From the NCBI GenBank assembly GCA_965223905.1, contig CBDCXV010000011.1, positions 480,001 through 544,000 on the forward strand: a DNA stretch of 64,000 nucleotides, given 5' to 3'. A program made the position numbers and the translations under genes. The notes beneath the pieces were generated by a model. It was given only the letters and a program-made list of their open reading frames with translations, was not told where the DNA came from and did no database searches. Shown here piece by piece: positions 18,107 to 28,382 of this stretch (the stretch's first letter is position 1; each line of letters opens with the position of its first letter). This DNA is from Candidatus Latescibacterota bacterium. Lineage in GTDB: Bacteria; Latescibacterota; UBA2968; UBA8231.

Positions 18107-20319
18107 GGAGGAAGGGCGTCGGCGAGCTGCGCCGCCGGGGACTCCTGACTCTTCTCCTTGCCGGGGGATTTTCGGGGACGCTCTACTCCCTGAGCATCCC
18201 ATCCATCGGCATCGATCTCCTCGCATGGATCTGCCTCGTGCCCGCGATGCTGCTGTACGGCTTGAGGCGGAACATTCCACTCGGCGCGGGCCAAATATTC
18301 CTGATCGGCCTGGGATCCGGCATCGCAGCTGGGGTTGGTCGTATCTACTGGATTGCAGAGACGCTGGTAAACTACGGCGGACTGAACCAGATGCAGGCGC
18401 TGGCATCGACCGCTGCTCTCATTCTCTACCTGGCCCTCTATCCGGCCTTCTTCTTTCTCATATGCCGGTCGTTGCCGTCGAGAAGTCCCACCTTCGGCTG
18501 GCTGGCCGCGTCGGTCTGGGTTCTACTCGACTGGGCCCAGTCCTGGATCCTCACCGGATTCCCCTGGCAGCAGATCGGGTATTCCCAGCATCAGAACCTC
18601 CCCGTGTTGCAGTTCGCATCCGTCGCCGGAATCTACGGTCTCAGCTTCGCCGTAATCCTGGTCAATGCCGCTGTTGCTCAGGTGATCCTGATGCCCCGAC
18701 GACTTCTGTTTTGTGCAGGTCCGGTCCTGATATCGATGGTTGGCCTCTTGGCGTACGGCCATCATCGGCTCGCGACGGTCCCGAACGAACCTACCGCCGC
18801 AGAACAGTCCCGAGTTGCCGTCATCCAGGGCAGCATCCCTCAGGACGCAAAGTGGAAGGCCGACCGGCAGCGGCGAACCACCGACCACTACATCGAGCTG
18901 ACGCACGAATTCATGGAGGAGAACGCCGGCGAAGAATACGACCTGATCGTTTTCCCGGAGACCGCCTTCCCCTACTACCTGACCGACCCGGTTTACGAAG
19001 AGTACAGGGAGCGAGTCGCCGGATTAGCGCGCCAACTGGACACCCCGATACTGGTAGGCAGCCTCGAAGGGCGCAGGGGCGTTGCCGGACATCCGATCTA
19101 CAATCGCGCCTTCCTGATGGATCGGAGGGGCGAACTCGTCGATTCCGCCGACAAGGTTCACCTGGTGCCATTCGGCGAATACCTGCCGCTCCCGCAGCTT
19201 TTCTCATACCTCGATCAACTCACCGCCGAAAGCGGTCGTTTCACCCACGGGAACTCGCATCGCGCCATCGGGCTGCCGGACGGTGATCTTCGCCTCGGCG
19301 TCTTCATCTGCTACGAGTCGATCTTCCCAGAGATCACTCGAACCCTGGCCCTGGACAATGCAAACCTGCTGATAAACACCACCAACGACGCTTGGTTCGG
19401 CCACACCTCCGCACCGTACCAGCACATGGCCATGGCCGCGGTGCGCGCAGTGGAGTGCGGGTTACCCATGGTGCGAGCTGCAAACACCGGAATCTCCGGG
19501 GCAATCGCCCCAAGCGGCAGGGTGCTGGCGGCTACAAACCTGTTCGAAACGACGGCCATTGCGGTCGACCTGCCGCCACCCGCACCAGCGACCTTCTACG
19601 TGCGCCACGGGGATATCCTGTTGCTCCTGTGTGTGCTCGGACTAGCCATTGCGGCTGCAGTCGCCCGGATACGACACGGAGTTGACAGGGACCGCGCCCG
19701 CAAGGAGCTGGCTCGGTACGCCGCTGACCCCCGACCTCTATCCCGGCCACTCGTCCTCCTACACGGGTACGACAGCAGCGCCCGGCGCTGGAAACCGTTT
19801 CTCGACACGGTGCATCGCTGCTTCTCCAACGCCGACACGCAGGTGTTTTTCCCGGACTTGAACCGGGACAAGCCGTTGGCGGAACTCATCGCGCACGTAC
19901 CGATACAGCCGGGTGCCGAAGCCGATTACGTCGGCCACAGCCTCGGGGGCCTTGTTGCGATTCAGCACGCCCGTGAAAACAGCCGCAGCCGCGTATTCGC
20001 GCTGGCGACTCCGTTTCGAGGAACGTGGGTGGCTGCCGTTTCAAAATGGCTACGGCGCAGATTTCCACGGCTTCTCGCCGACCTCGCTCCAGGCAGCGGC
20101 TTTTTGGACAACGCCGAATTCGCCGCGATGGCCGATCGCGTGACCTGCTTCCGAATCGACGGCGATCCGGTGGTTTCACCCGCGTCCGCCATGATCACAT
20201 GCAGCCGACACCAAGCCTATTCCGGTGGTTGGGAGGTATGGTTGCCCGAGCGCCATCGCGCCGTGCTTTCGGACCCCCGAGTACTGAGAGATATCGTCGC
20301 CGCCCTGCGTGAGAGCTGA
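18103..20319 (+). CDS. lnt: Apolipoprotein N-acyltransferase fused to a C-terminal alpha/beta-hydrolase
   Basis: TGFPW, FPETA (E), KVHLVPFGEY (K), ICYESIFP (C), TNDAWFG, RAANTGIS; then LLHGY, GHSLGG, LATPFRG, GDPVV. Confidence 0.93.
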   Translation: MRRKGVGELRRRGLLTLLLAGGFSGTLYSLSIPSIGIDLLAWICLVPAMLLYGLRRNIPLGAGQIFLIGLGSGIAAGVGRIYWIAETLVNYGGLNQMQALASTAALILYLALYPAFFFLICRSLPSRSPTFGWLAASVWVLLDWAQSWILTGFPWQQIGYSQHQNLPVLQFASVAGIYGLSFAVILVNAAVAQVILMPRRLLFCAGPVLISMVGLLAYGHHRLATVPNEPTAAEQSRVAVIQGSIPQDAKWKADRQRRTTDHYIELTHEFMEENAGEEYDLIVFPETAFPYYLTDPVYEEYRERVAGLARQLDTPILVGSLEGRRGVAGHPIYNRAFLMDRRGELVDSADKVHLVPFGEYLPLPQLFSYLDQLTAESGRFTHGNSHRAIGLPDGDLRLGVFICYESIFPEITRTLALDNANLLINTTNDAWFGHTSAPYQHMAMAAVRAVECGLPMVRAANTGISGAIAPSGRVLAATNLFETTAIAVDLPPPAPATFYVRHGDILLLLCVLGLAIAAAVARIRHGVDRDRARKELARYAADPRPLSRPLVLLHGYDSSARRWKPFLDTVHRCFSNADTQVFFPDLNRDKPLAELIAHVPIQPGAEADYVGHSLGGLVAIQHARENSRSRVFALATPFRGTWVAAVSKWLRRRFPRLLADLAPGSGFLDNAEFAAMADRVTCFRIDGDPVVSPASAMITCSRHQAYSGGWEVWLPERHRAVLSDPRVLRDIVAALRES

Positions 20320-20701
20320 TCTGCATTTCCCAAGCAAAAGGCCCAGAGCCCACTGCGAAAATTTGAAGGGATCAGCCGGAGAATCGCCGATTCACAGGTC
20401 GCAGCAGCAGCCCCGGTCCATTGATGATAAGCCGTTCACCCGAGTCTGACGTGAGAACCCCCGGTTCCACAAAGGGTGATCGTAAGGAACCGGATTTGAG
20501 GGATTCCGATCTGGCGGAGCTCCTCCTCTGTCGCCGGATCCCACATCAAAGGCCAAGGCTGCTGGCGGTTTCGTTCCCGGCGCGCACCTTTTCCATTTCG
20601 CGAGCAACCACCTCCTCTGGAATGACCGCACCCCGGCCGAGCAGGTAGCCCTCCACGGACGGCGGGCGGCTTCTTGGCCAACCCGTTCCGCGGTTCTTTC
20701 T

Positions 20702-21829
20702 TTATGCGGAGGAGAACGGCTCGATTACGGGAACGTCCACCCAACGGCGCTCGCTCGCCGCCTTCACCACCATGTCGGCAACCAGCTGCGCCCGCATCCC
20801 GTGGTAGAAGGAGGGCACGCACTCGCGGCCTTCCCTGATGGCGGAAACGAACTCCCAGGCCTGGTCGTAGCGGAAAACGGTCGTCGGGACTCCCTCGTTG
20901 GGATCGCGCAGCGAAGCGGGACGCTTGAGGAATCTTTCTGGAACTGGAACGGTTCTGTACGGGCTGCGGCGTTCCCCGAGCTGAATCTCGTAAGGCGTGT
21001 GCAGGCGATAGGCCCCGGAAGCCCTGGTGCCGTTCAACTCGGCGAGGTCGTGATCTCCCTGCGGCCCGTGTCCCTTGGTCAATTTCCCCATCTCGAACAC
21101 GGCCGTGGCGCCGCTTTCGAACTCGGCGATCCAAGCGACCCAGTCCTCGACGTCCTGGGGAGGACAAGGCTGTCCGGCCTCGGTTCGGTCCCGGCGCGCC
21201 AGCTGCTTCATGTGCGCGCAGACCGAACGAATCGGCCCCAGCAGATGCTCGGCAAAATCGATGCGGTGGATGCCCATGTCGCCGAGCTCACCGGATCCAG
21301 CCCGGTCCTTGTATTGCCGCCAGCCGATGGCATGCTCTCCCCAGTCCTGAAGCCGTTGAAAACGGGCATGCCTTATTTTGCCCAGCTCTCCCGCATCGAC
21401 GAGGTGCTTGAGATAGGTCATTCCCGGGACGAACCGGTAGGTAAATGCGGTCATGTGCCGGCGGCCGGAGCCAGCGGCCATCTCGTAGATCCTGCGGGTC
21501 TCTTCGTAGTTCATTCCTAGAGGCTTCTCGCACAGGACGTGACACCCCGCTCCCAGGGCTTCCTCGATGAGATCCCGGTGCAGATTGTTGGGTGTAGCGA
21601 TGGCGACCGCGTCGAGCTCCGCCTTTTGCAGCGCCTCGGCAAGGGTGGGGTACCCCTCGGCAACCTCCCATTGGCGCAACCTGCTGGCGAGAAGGCCTGG
21701 GTCGGCTTCGACCAGCGCCGCCAACTCCACCCCGGGAATGCGTGAAAAGCCGGGATAGTGAACCTGCTCGCACACCCCCCCTGTCCCCACCAGCCCGACG
21801 CGCAGCGGCCCGTTGCCCGCCGCGGTCAT
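20702..21829 (-). CDS. Gfo/Idh/MocA-family oxidoreductase
   Basis: VGLVGTG, HVLCEKP, GELGDMGIHRID. Confidence 0.92.
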   Translation of the reverse strand: MTAAGNGPLRVGLVGTGGVCEQVHYPGFSRIPGVELAALVEADPGLLASRLRQWEVAEGYPTLAEALQKAELDAVAIATPNNLHRDLIEEALGAGCHVLCEKPLGMNYEETRRIYEMAAGSGRRHMTAFTYRFVPGMTYLKHLVDAGELGKIRHARFQRLQDWGEHAIGWRQYKDRAGSGELGDMGIHRIDFAEHLLGPIRSVCAHMKQLARRDRTEAGQPCPPQDVEDWVAWIAEFESGATAVFEMGKLTKGHGPQGDHDLAELNGTRASGAYRLHTPYEIQLGERRSPYRTVPVPERFLKRPASLRDPNEGVPTTVFRYDQAWEFVSAIREGRECVPSFYHGMRAQLVADMVVKAASERRWVDVPVIEPFSSA

Positions 21830-22782
21830 GCAGATCCCTCCCCCGCTACCACCGCCGCAGAGGCCCCCTCTCTGAGCTCGCCTTCCCGGCGGAGCAGCCG
21901 GTCCATCATTGCGTGCAGACGGGGCAGGTCCGCCTCGGCGACCGGCTCGGCAAACGGAACCACCGGCCCACCTGCCAGGCCGGCGTACTCCATGGCGGCG
22001 TGCAGGGCGGAAGAGCTGTAGCGGGCGGAGTCCTCGCCGCGCAGGTCTTCGAAGGGAACCATTTCAGCGCGCAGGCTCGCCGCGACCGCGGCCTCCCCGG
22101 CACGAAACGAGCGCAACAGCTCCAGGCTCATTCTGGGGACGAAGTTGGCCATGCCGGAGCTGAACCCGACCGCCCCCGCTTCCAGGTAGGCGATGCAGGG
22201 ATCTTCCGCCATGCCGCAGATCATCGCCGCGTGCGGTGCCGCCTTGGCGGCAATCCTGGAAAACGCGGATAAATCGTCGACCGCGTACTTGAGCCCAACT
22301 ACCTCGTCGAGACGGCAGAGCTCGACGACGTGGTCCACGGGCATGATGTCGAGCCTTCGCTGGTACAGGAGGACGGGCAAGCGGATGCCTCGGGCAAGCT
22401 TCTCCAGACCCGCTTTCGCACCGTTGTCCGAAGCGGGACCGACGATCGGCATGATCATGACGCCGGCGGCACCCGCGGAACGGGCGATGGCGGCCATTTC
22501 CAGCGAGCGCCCGTACCCGGGACCGATTCCCGGCACGACAACAGCCCGGTCAGCTGCCTGATCGACAACGGCGCCGACTACGGTTTCGTACTCCTCCAGG
22601 CTGGCGTCGTACACCAGTCCGGTTCCGCACATCGGCATCAGAAAGCCGGCGCCGCTCGCGATCAGGAACTCGGCGTTGCACCGGGTACCTGCGACGTCGA
22701 GGCGGGCATCCCCCTGCCGGGGAGTTATGGCGACGACCAGAACAGTGGCGCAATCCGCGGCGGTGATTTCGGTTCTTGGCAT
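21826..22782 (-). CDS. Dihydrodipicolinate synthase-family lyase (5-dehydro-4-deoxyglucarate dehydratase-like)
   Basis: CGTG loop, LLYQR, Schiff-base GLKYA, GFSSGMANFVP. Confidence 0.8.
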   Translation of the reverse strand: MPRTEITAADCATVLVVAITPRQGDARLDVAGTRCNAEFLIASGAGFLMPMCGTGLVYDASLEEYETVVGAVVDQAADRAVVVPGIGPGYGRSLEMAAIARSAGAAGVMIMPIVGPASDNGAKAGLEKLARGIRLPVLLYQRRLDIMPVDHVVELCRLDEVVGLKYAVDDLSAFSRIAAKAAPHAAMICGMAEDPCIAYLEAGAVGFSSGMANFVPRMSLELLRSFRAGEAAVAASLRAEMVPFEDLRGEDSARYSSSALHAAMEYAGLAGGPVVPFAEPVAEADLPRLHAMMDRLLRREGELREGASAAVVAGEGSA

Positions 22783-22792
22783 GCGGTCTCTT

Positions 22793-23179
22793 TCACTCCC
22801 ACCTGGTAGAAGAGGTGGTCTCCTTGAAGAGGTTGTACTTCTCGAGGTAATCTTCGCGAGGCGGCGAGAAAATGTCGACGATCCTCACCGGCCCCTCCAC
22901 CACCTCTCCGGAATGAACGACATCGGGAGGAACGATAAAGGCGTCACCCGGGCCGGTAAGCCGTTCCTCGGAGCCGATGCGGAAGCGGAAACTGCCCTGG
23001 AGAACGAAGCCGGCCTGTTCGTGGGGATGACTGTGTTCAGGTATTTCGCAACCCGGCTGGAGATCGAGAAACGACAGCATGATCCCTTCTCCAGCAACTA
23101 TGCCGCTGAATGCCTTGGGGAAAAGCTCCAGCTTGGGAAGCTCCTCTTCTTTTATGAAAGCCATGTCGTCCTTGTCCAT
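22793..23179 (-). CDS. Cupin domain protein
   Basis: PEHSHPHEQ...IVPPDVVHSG...DIFSPPREDY. Confidence 0.9.
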   Translation of the reverse strand: MDKDDMAFIKEEELPKLELFPKAFSGIVAGEGIMLSFLDLQPGCEIPEHSHPHEQAGFVLQGSFRFRIGSEERLTGPGDAFIVPPDVVHSGEVVEGPVRIVDIFSPPREDYLEKYNLFKETTSSTRWE

Positions 23180-23198
23180 GGTTTGGGAAACAGCGGGG

Positions 23199-24548
23199 TC
23201 ACCGGGAGCTGACGAAGGTCCGCAGCCAGGCGTCGCTACGGTAGCGTTTCCACAACGTCACCAACCTCCCGAGCATCAGCACAATGTACGCCAGCCAGGC
23301 TCCCTGCAGCCCCCCTTCGAGCTGGAAAACCAGCAGCCCCACCGCGGGGAGAAAGAAAAGCAGCGCCGCAATGAGCATGGCTCGAGACAGGTAGGCGACG
23401 TCGTTGGCACCGATGAAAATGCCGTCGAACACGAAAACCGCGGCATTCATTGGCTGCGCCAGGGCGAGCATCGGGGTGAGCGGGACGATAGCGGCGACGA
23501 CCTCGCCGTGTTCGGTAAAAACAGCCGCCAGCTCATTCATGCCGATACCGAAGGCCATCGCAAAACAGGACCCTATTCCGATTCCCCACACCATGATGCG
23601 CCTGCAGACCCGGCGGGCGCTCGTGAAATCACCCGCTCCGAGGCTGTTGCCGACCAGGGTCTCGGCGGCGTGGGCAAAGCCGTCCACGGCGTAGCTGACC
23701 AGGCCCCAGATCTGCCAGAGGATGGCGTGGGCCGCCAGTGAAACCTCCCCCAGGCGCGACACGACTGCTAGCAGGAGGAACTGGGAAAACAGGAGGCAGA
23801 GCGTGCGGGCCAGGAGGTAGCTGTTTGTCGATATCTGGTGCCGCATGGCACCGCGGTCGAACAGCTGCCCGACCGCCTGCCGCAGGTAATCCCGGTATTT
23901 CGCAGCCAGTGCCAGAAGGCCGATAGCCAGCCCGACCGCGCTCGACAGCAGGGCCGCCCAGGCGGCGCCGACGACCCCCATTTCCGGCGCCCCCCAGTGG
24001 CCGAAGATCAGGGCGTAATCTGCGGCCACGTTCACCAGGTTGGTGGCGAAGGTGATGTACATCGGAACGAGAACGTTGGCGGTGCCGAGGAAGAACCCGA
24101 TGAGAACGAGAACCGAGAGATTCATCGGCACGCTCCAGATGCGCACGTCGATGTACTGCTGTCCCCAGTAACGGACCTCTTCGCTGCCGCCGGCGAGCTC
24201 GAAACCGATCCAGGTGATCGGTTGCCGCAGCAGCAGGATGGCCGCGGCGATGGCCAGCGCCAGCAGCAGGCCGCGGTACAGACTCTGGGCGCAGGCCCGC
24301 CGGTCGCCGGCGCCGTGGTACTGGGCGACGATCGAAGTCGTCCCCATGCGCAGGAAACCGGCGCCCCAGAAAATGAAATCGAGGATCACGCTCGCCGTGG
24401 CTACCGCACCCAGAAAAGCCACCTGTTCGAGATGTCCTATCATCGCCGTATCGGCGATGCCTATCAGCGGCACCGAGACCGCGGCCAAAAGGTTGGGGAC
24501 CGCCAGTCTGAGGATGCGCCTGTTCAGGGTGAGGGACCCTGCCATCAA
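23199..24548 (-). CDS. MATE-family efflux transporter (DinF-like)
   Basis: About 12 TM; LAVPN...IADTAMIGHL, FLRMGTT, VDGFAHAAE, FDGIFIGA. Confidence 0.92.
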   Translation of the reverse strand: MMAGSLTLNRRILRLAVPNLLAAVSVPLIGIADTAMIGHLEQVAFLGAVATASVILDFIFWGAGFLRMGTTSIVAQYHGAGDRRACAQSLYRGLLLALAIAAAILLLRQPITWIGFELAGGSEEVRYWGQQYIDVRIWSVPMNLSVLVLIGFFLGTANVLVPMYITFATNLVNVAADYALIFGHWGAPEMGVVGAAWAALLSSAVGLAIGLLALAAKYRDYLRQAVGQLFDRGAMRHQISTNSYLLARTLCLLFSQFLLLAVVSRLGEVSLAAHAILWQIWGLVSYAVDGFAHAAETLVGNSLGAGDFTSARRVCRRIMVWGIGIGSCFAMAFGIGMNELAAVFTEHGEVVAAIVPLTPMLALAQPMNAAVFVFDGIFIGANDVAYLSRAMLIAALLFFLPAVGLLVFQLEGGLQGAWLAYIVLMLGRLVTLWKRYRSDAWLRTFVSSR

Positions 24549-24623
24549 CGGTCCTCCGCCCCGACGGACTCCCGCACAGATGTGGTGATCATGGGGGGAA
24601 TGCTGACTGACGGAACGGGTGAT

Positions 24624-24947
24624 TCAACAGGTGGGACAGGGATCCGGGCTCCAGCGGAAGCGCCCGAGGTCGACCATCCCGCCCCGGAATTCGATCCCCT
24701 CCAACTCGAGGAGCTGGCGCTGCAGGTCGTGCAGCCTGGTCCGCTTTCTCGCCGACACCCCGCCCCTGGCGTTGATCACGCGGTGCCACGGCAGCTCGAG
24801 CGACTCCGGTATCGCAGCGAGTGCGTACCCGACCTGCCGTGCGTTCCCGCGCAGGCCGGCGAGAGCGGCTACCTGGCCGTAGGTGGCGACCCGTCCATAA
24901 GGGATATCGGCGACAACGGCGTAGATGGCGCGGCGGCTCGGGTGCAT
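24624..24947 (-). CDS. Alkyltransferase-like (ATL/YbaZ) DNA-binding protein
   Basis: IPYGRVATYGQVA...ARQVGYAL...PWHRV (Trp in place of the catalytic Cys). Confidence 0.88.
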   Translation of the reverse strand: MHPSRRAIYAVVADIPYGRVATYGQVAALAGLRGNARQVGYALAAIPESLELPWHRVINARGGVSARKRTRLHDLQRQLLELEGIEFRGGMVDLGRFRWSPDPCPTC

Positions 24948-24950
24948 CCC

Positions 24951-25190
24951 CTACTGGCAGTTCGGCGATTCCGGCTGGTCGGCTCCCTCGAGGAACTCGA
25001 GCGCCTTTGCATAGCTGCGCTTCTCGAGGAAATGCCGGAGCATGGGCGGGGCCTCGGTCCCCAGCTCTCTGCCCAGGTCGTCGATTCTGGCCAGCTTTCT
25101 CGCAATATCCTCCCCTCCTTGCTTCCCGCCACCGGCGATCGACGCCATCATATCGTTCAGGACCGCGTGAAGCTCCTGCAATGAAGCCAT
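24951..25190 (-). CDS. Small hypothetical protein
   Basis: Fills the operon gap; MASLQELHAVL...PPMLRHFLEKRSYAKALEFLEG. Start uncertain (ORF is open to 25268). Confidence 0.65.
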   Translation of the reverse strand: MASLQELHAVLNDMMASIAGGGKQGGEDIARKLARIDDLGRELGTEAPPMLRHFLEKRSYAKALEFLEGADQPESPNCQ

Positions 25191-25279
25191 TCTTCTGTTC
25201 TCCAGTGCTGTTTTCGGGCCCCTGTCCGGGCATTTTTCCCCATGTGCGAGTCCTGTCGAGTGGAACACCCGGACAGGCC

Positions 25280-26002
25280 CTAGGCCGCCATGATGAGGTA
25301 GCTGACCCAGTCCCGGTTTGGGTTGGCGATGCTGTACTCGCAGCCGGGAGGGAGGTGAACCATGTCCCCTTCGGTGAAGGCAACCTCTTTCCCTTCGACG
25401 GTGATCACCCCGGAGTTTTCGAGCCCGTAATAAACCTGCTCGAGATCCTCATGTCTGCGCGTCGCCGACCTGCTTTGCGGCTGCACTGCTTCGCGGTCGA
25501 TGAACGCCATGCCGCGAAGACAGCCGGAGTCCCCCTCCCCGAGGGGGCCGAGCTGGTGCCAGCGGATGGCTCCGCCGCCGTCCCCCTGCGGGCTCGCCCG
25601 GCGCCAGTTGCGGATGGCGATGCCGCCGCCGTCCTCCTCGACAGGCATGCTGATCACGTGATGCTCGAGCCAGTCTTCGTTCATGTCGTTGAACATCTGG
25701 TGGTACAGACCCGAGGGCAAATAGACGGCATCGCCGCTCTCGACGGGGAACCGCCTGCCGTCGAACAGGACCTCACCCGACCCGCTAAGGATGTAGTACA
25801 CCTGCTCCAGGCGGTCGTGCTTGTGATGGTCCGAGGTCTTGCGGCCTTGCAGGGCGTGGCGGGCGAAACCGCCCAGCCGGGTCAGGCGATTGCGGTCGTC
25901 GTCGGAATCTCCCCCGTCGCCTGGCCGCAGTCCCCCCCAATGAACGGCGCTCATGTGGGAGATGTCGGGCTGGACTTCTCTCCAGTTCTTCACGTAGGCC
26001 AA
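25280..26002 (-). CDS. Tandem cupin domain protein
   Basis: Two repeats: HHKHDRLEQVYYILSG...GDAVYLPSGLYH and RRHEDLEQVYY...GDMVHLPPG. Confidence 0.85.
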   Translation of the reverse strand: MAYVKNWREVQPDISHMSAVHWGGLRPGDGGDSDDDRNRLTRLGGFARHALQGRKTSDHHKHDRLEQVYYILSGSGEVLFDGRRFPVESGDAVYLPSGLYHQMFNDMNEDWLEHHVISMPVEEDGGGIAIRNWRRASPQGDGGGAIRWHQLGPLGEGDSGCLRGMAFIDREAVQPQSRSATRRHEDLEQVYYGLENSGVITVEGKEVAFTEGDMVHLPPGCEYSIANPNRDWVSYLIMAA

Positions 26003-26019
26003 ATCAGTCTTCCTATCGG

Positions 26020-26811
26020 TTACAGGGAGGCGATGCGCCGCATGCGCTCTCCCAGGTCGACGAGGGCGGACCGGTCACCCCCGACTTCGTGAATGAGCGA
26101 GGAGGCGTACCCTACGGCGCGGAGTTCCGCCATGACGGTGGGCCAGTCGGTGTCCCCTTCCCCGAGGTTGACGAACCTGTGCCCGGCGCGGTCGAAGTCC
26201 TTCAGGTGCACGCGCACGATGCGCGATCCCAGGGCGCGGATCCAGTGCTCCGGGTACCCGTACGCCATCATGTTTGCTGTATCGAGATAGATGCCGACCC
26301 ACTCGCTGCCCACGGCCTCGACCAGCCTGACCGCCTCGTCCGGACTGAGCAGGAACCTGTTCCACACGTTCTCCAGCCCGATTGCCACCCGGTGTGCCTC
26401 CGCCTCGGTGGCGAGCCGCGTCAGCGCTTCCGTAAGACCGTTCCAGGCTTCCCGGTAGGTGCCCTCGACCGGCAGCTGTCCCGGGTGGAGAAGCGTCGCC
26501 CCGGCACCGAGGGTAGCGGCAATCTCGAGCGCGCGCGATATGCAGCGGCAGCACTGCTCTCTCTCCACTGCCTCCCGGCTCAGCAGGTTCCCCCGCTCGG
26601 AGAGGTTGGCGATCACGCTCGCTATCTCGACACCTGCCCCATCACAACGAGTCGCCACCCTGGCGAGGTCAGGCTCGCTCATATGCACGTCGAGATCCTT
26701 GTCGGGACTGAAGACAAGCTCCAGCGCGTCGTACCCGGCCTCCTGACAAAGCTCGAGTGTATCGTCCAGACTCATCCGACCCAGAACGATCTGTGTTACG
26801 CCGATTTTCAT
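26020..26811 (-). CDS. Sugar phosphate isomerase/epimerase (xylose isomerase-like TIM barrel)
   Basis: GLENVWNRFLLSP, YLDTAN, VHLKDF, GEGDTDW. Confidence 0.9.
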   Translation of the reverse strand: MKIGVTQIVLGRMSLDDTLELCQEAGYDALELVFSPDKDLDVHMSEPDLARVATRCDGAGVEIASVIANLSERGNLLSREAVEREQCCRCISRALEIAATLGAGATLLHPGQLPVEGTYREAWNGLTEALTRLATEAEAHRVAIGLENVWNRFLLSPDEAVRLVEAVGSEWVGIYLDTANMMAYGYPEHWIRALGSRIVRVHLKDFDRAGHRFVNLGEGDTDWPTVMAELRAVGYASSLIHEVGGDRSALVDLGERMRRIASL

Positions 26812-27197
26812 CCCCGGATCACCCCGTTCGTTTTACTCGCCCAAACAGAGCAAGCAAATGGCAAACACGTCATGCGGCAAGCCCTCCGACCCTTCGGTGC
26901 CGTGAGGCCGCCGGTTCATCCCGGCCCCGCGACATCGGCCATTTCCCCATCCCGCATGCGATTGCTCCTCCGGGTAGAAGAAGGGTCAGTTGCCGAAATA
27001 GTGGTGAAGAGAAAGGGCTGAAACAGACCCGAGCTGGCCACAAAAAACTTGCGAGGATGACTGTTGTCCCAGGGTTCCGCGAGCCCTGGCAAACTGCTTG
27101 TCGCCCCCTGGAGGTCGCCCTATTTTCACGCCGTCACGCGACATACGGCAATGAGAACCCAGATCGAATTTTCAAACAAGCGCAAGGAGATCGGCAC

Positions 27198-28127
27198 ATG
27201 CCTCGAGTGAATAAATCGAAGTTCCAGATCGGCGTCGTCGGAGTCGGCCGCATGGGCGCCAACATCGCCAGGCACCTCAAGGACTCCGGTTTTCCGGTCA
27301 CCGTCCTCTACGACGTCAAGCCTTCCCTGGCAACCCGGCTCGCCAAGGAGCTGGAAGCGAAGGCAGTGAAAAAGCTGGCGAACGTCACCGCGGCCGCCAA
27401 CACGATCATCACCGTGGTTACCGATGACAAGGCGATGCGCACGATCTTCTCGCAAAGCGGCGACAGCCTGCTCGTCGGGGCGGAGAACAGGACGTTCATC
27501 AATTGCGCCACCATTACACCCGACGTCCATCGCGAGATCGAGAAACGGGCTGCCAAAGTCGGTGCATCCGCGCTCGAGGGGTGTATGGCGAGCAGCATCA
27601 CGCAGGCCCGGGAGGGGACCCTCTACCTGATGTGCGGCGGAGAGCGCGAGGTTTTCGACAGGGTTCTGCCGGTGCTGAAATCCATGAGCAAAGCCTTGCG
27701 CTACATCGGCCCCACAGGCCAGGCAGCCGAAGTCAAGGCGCTCGTCAACATGGTGATGAACATCAACACCGCGGGTCTGGCCGAAGGTCTCGGACTCGGA
27801 AAAGCGCTCGGTCTCGACCTGGAGATGCTCATGGAGGTCTTCTCCCAGACCGGGGCCAACTCGAGGGTGCTCGAGACCGACGGAGAAGACATGGTGGCTC
27901 GCGATCACGAGTGCTACTTCTCTGCCGCCCACGCGGCCAAGGACTCCGGCATAGCCCTGTCCGTGGGGCGCAAGGCAGGCCTGGATCTGCCGTTGGCGCG
28001 CACGACAAAAAACCAGTTCGACCGCATGATAAAGATCGGCAAGGGGGAACTCGACAAGTCCGGTGTGGCGGAACTCACCTTCCCGGGCCGCTCGGGAACC
28101 CGGAAACAGAAAAAGAAAAAAAGCTGA
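27198..28127 (+). CDS. 3-hydroxyisobutyrate dehydrogenase-family NAD(P) oxidoreductase
   Basis: AAGGAG RBS; IGVVGVGRMG, GTLYLMCGG, VKALVN, HAAKDSGIA. Confidence 0.9.
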   Translation: MPRVNKSKFQIGVVGVGRMGANIARHLKDSGFPVTVLYDVKPSLATRLAKELEAKAVKKLANVTAAANTIITVVTDDKAMRTIFSQSGDSLLVGAENRTFINCATITPDVHREIEKRAAKVGASALEGCMASSITQAREGTLYLMCGGEREVFDRVLPVLKSMSKALRYIGPTGQAAEVKALVNMVMNINTAGLAEGLGLGKALGLDLEMLMEVFSQTGANSRVLETDGEDMVARDHECYFSAAHAAKDSGIALSVGRKAGLDLPLARTTKNQFDRMIKIGKGELDKSGVAELTFPGRSGTRKQKKKKS

Positions 28128-28382
28128 GCCTGCCCGAATTCGATTTGCAGGCGAGATCGAGGACAAGAACCGGACTCTGCAGGTGAATACCTGGCTCCTG
28201 GTCGGAATCCTGCTTCCTGCGACGGCGCCACGGACCGCCTTGTACCGGCACGGGCGGCGCGAACACATCCCAACGGTGTTGGAATATAGATAGGAAGCCT
28301 GATTGATCGCCGAGTGATGGGTGACGGACGGAGTAAATCCCGTCCGTCCGACTTCGGGCAGTGTGGTGGGGTTCAGACTGGT

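Noticed and set aside
20320-20700. Possible gene remnant between lnt and the oxidoreductase
   Set aside because: Some coding-like stretches on the minus strand, but interrupted and not assignable to a family.
26757-27197. N-terminal extension of the dehydrogenase ORF
   Set aside because: Overlaps the divergent gene start; the RBS and family homology begin at ATG 27198.
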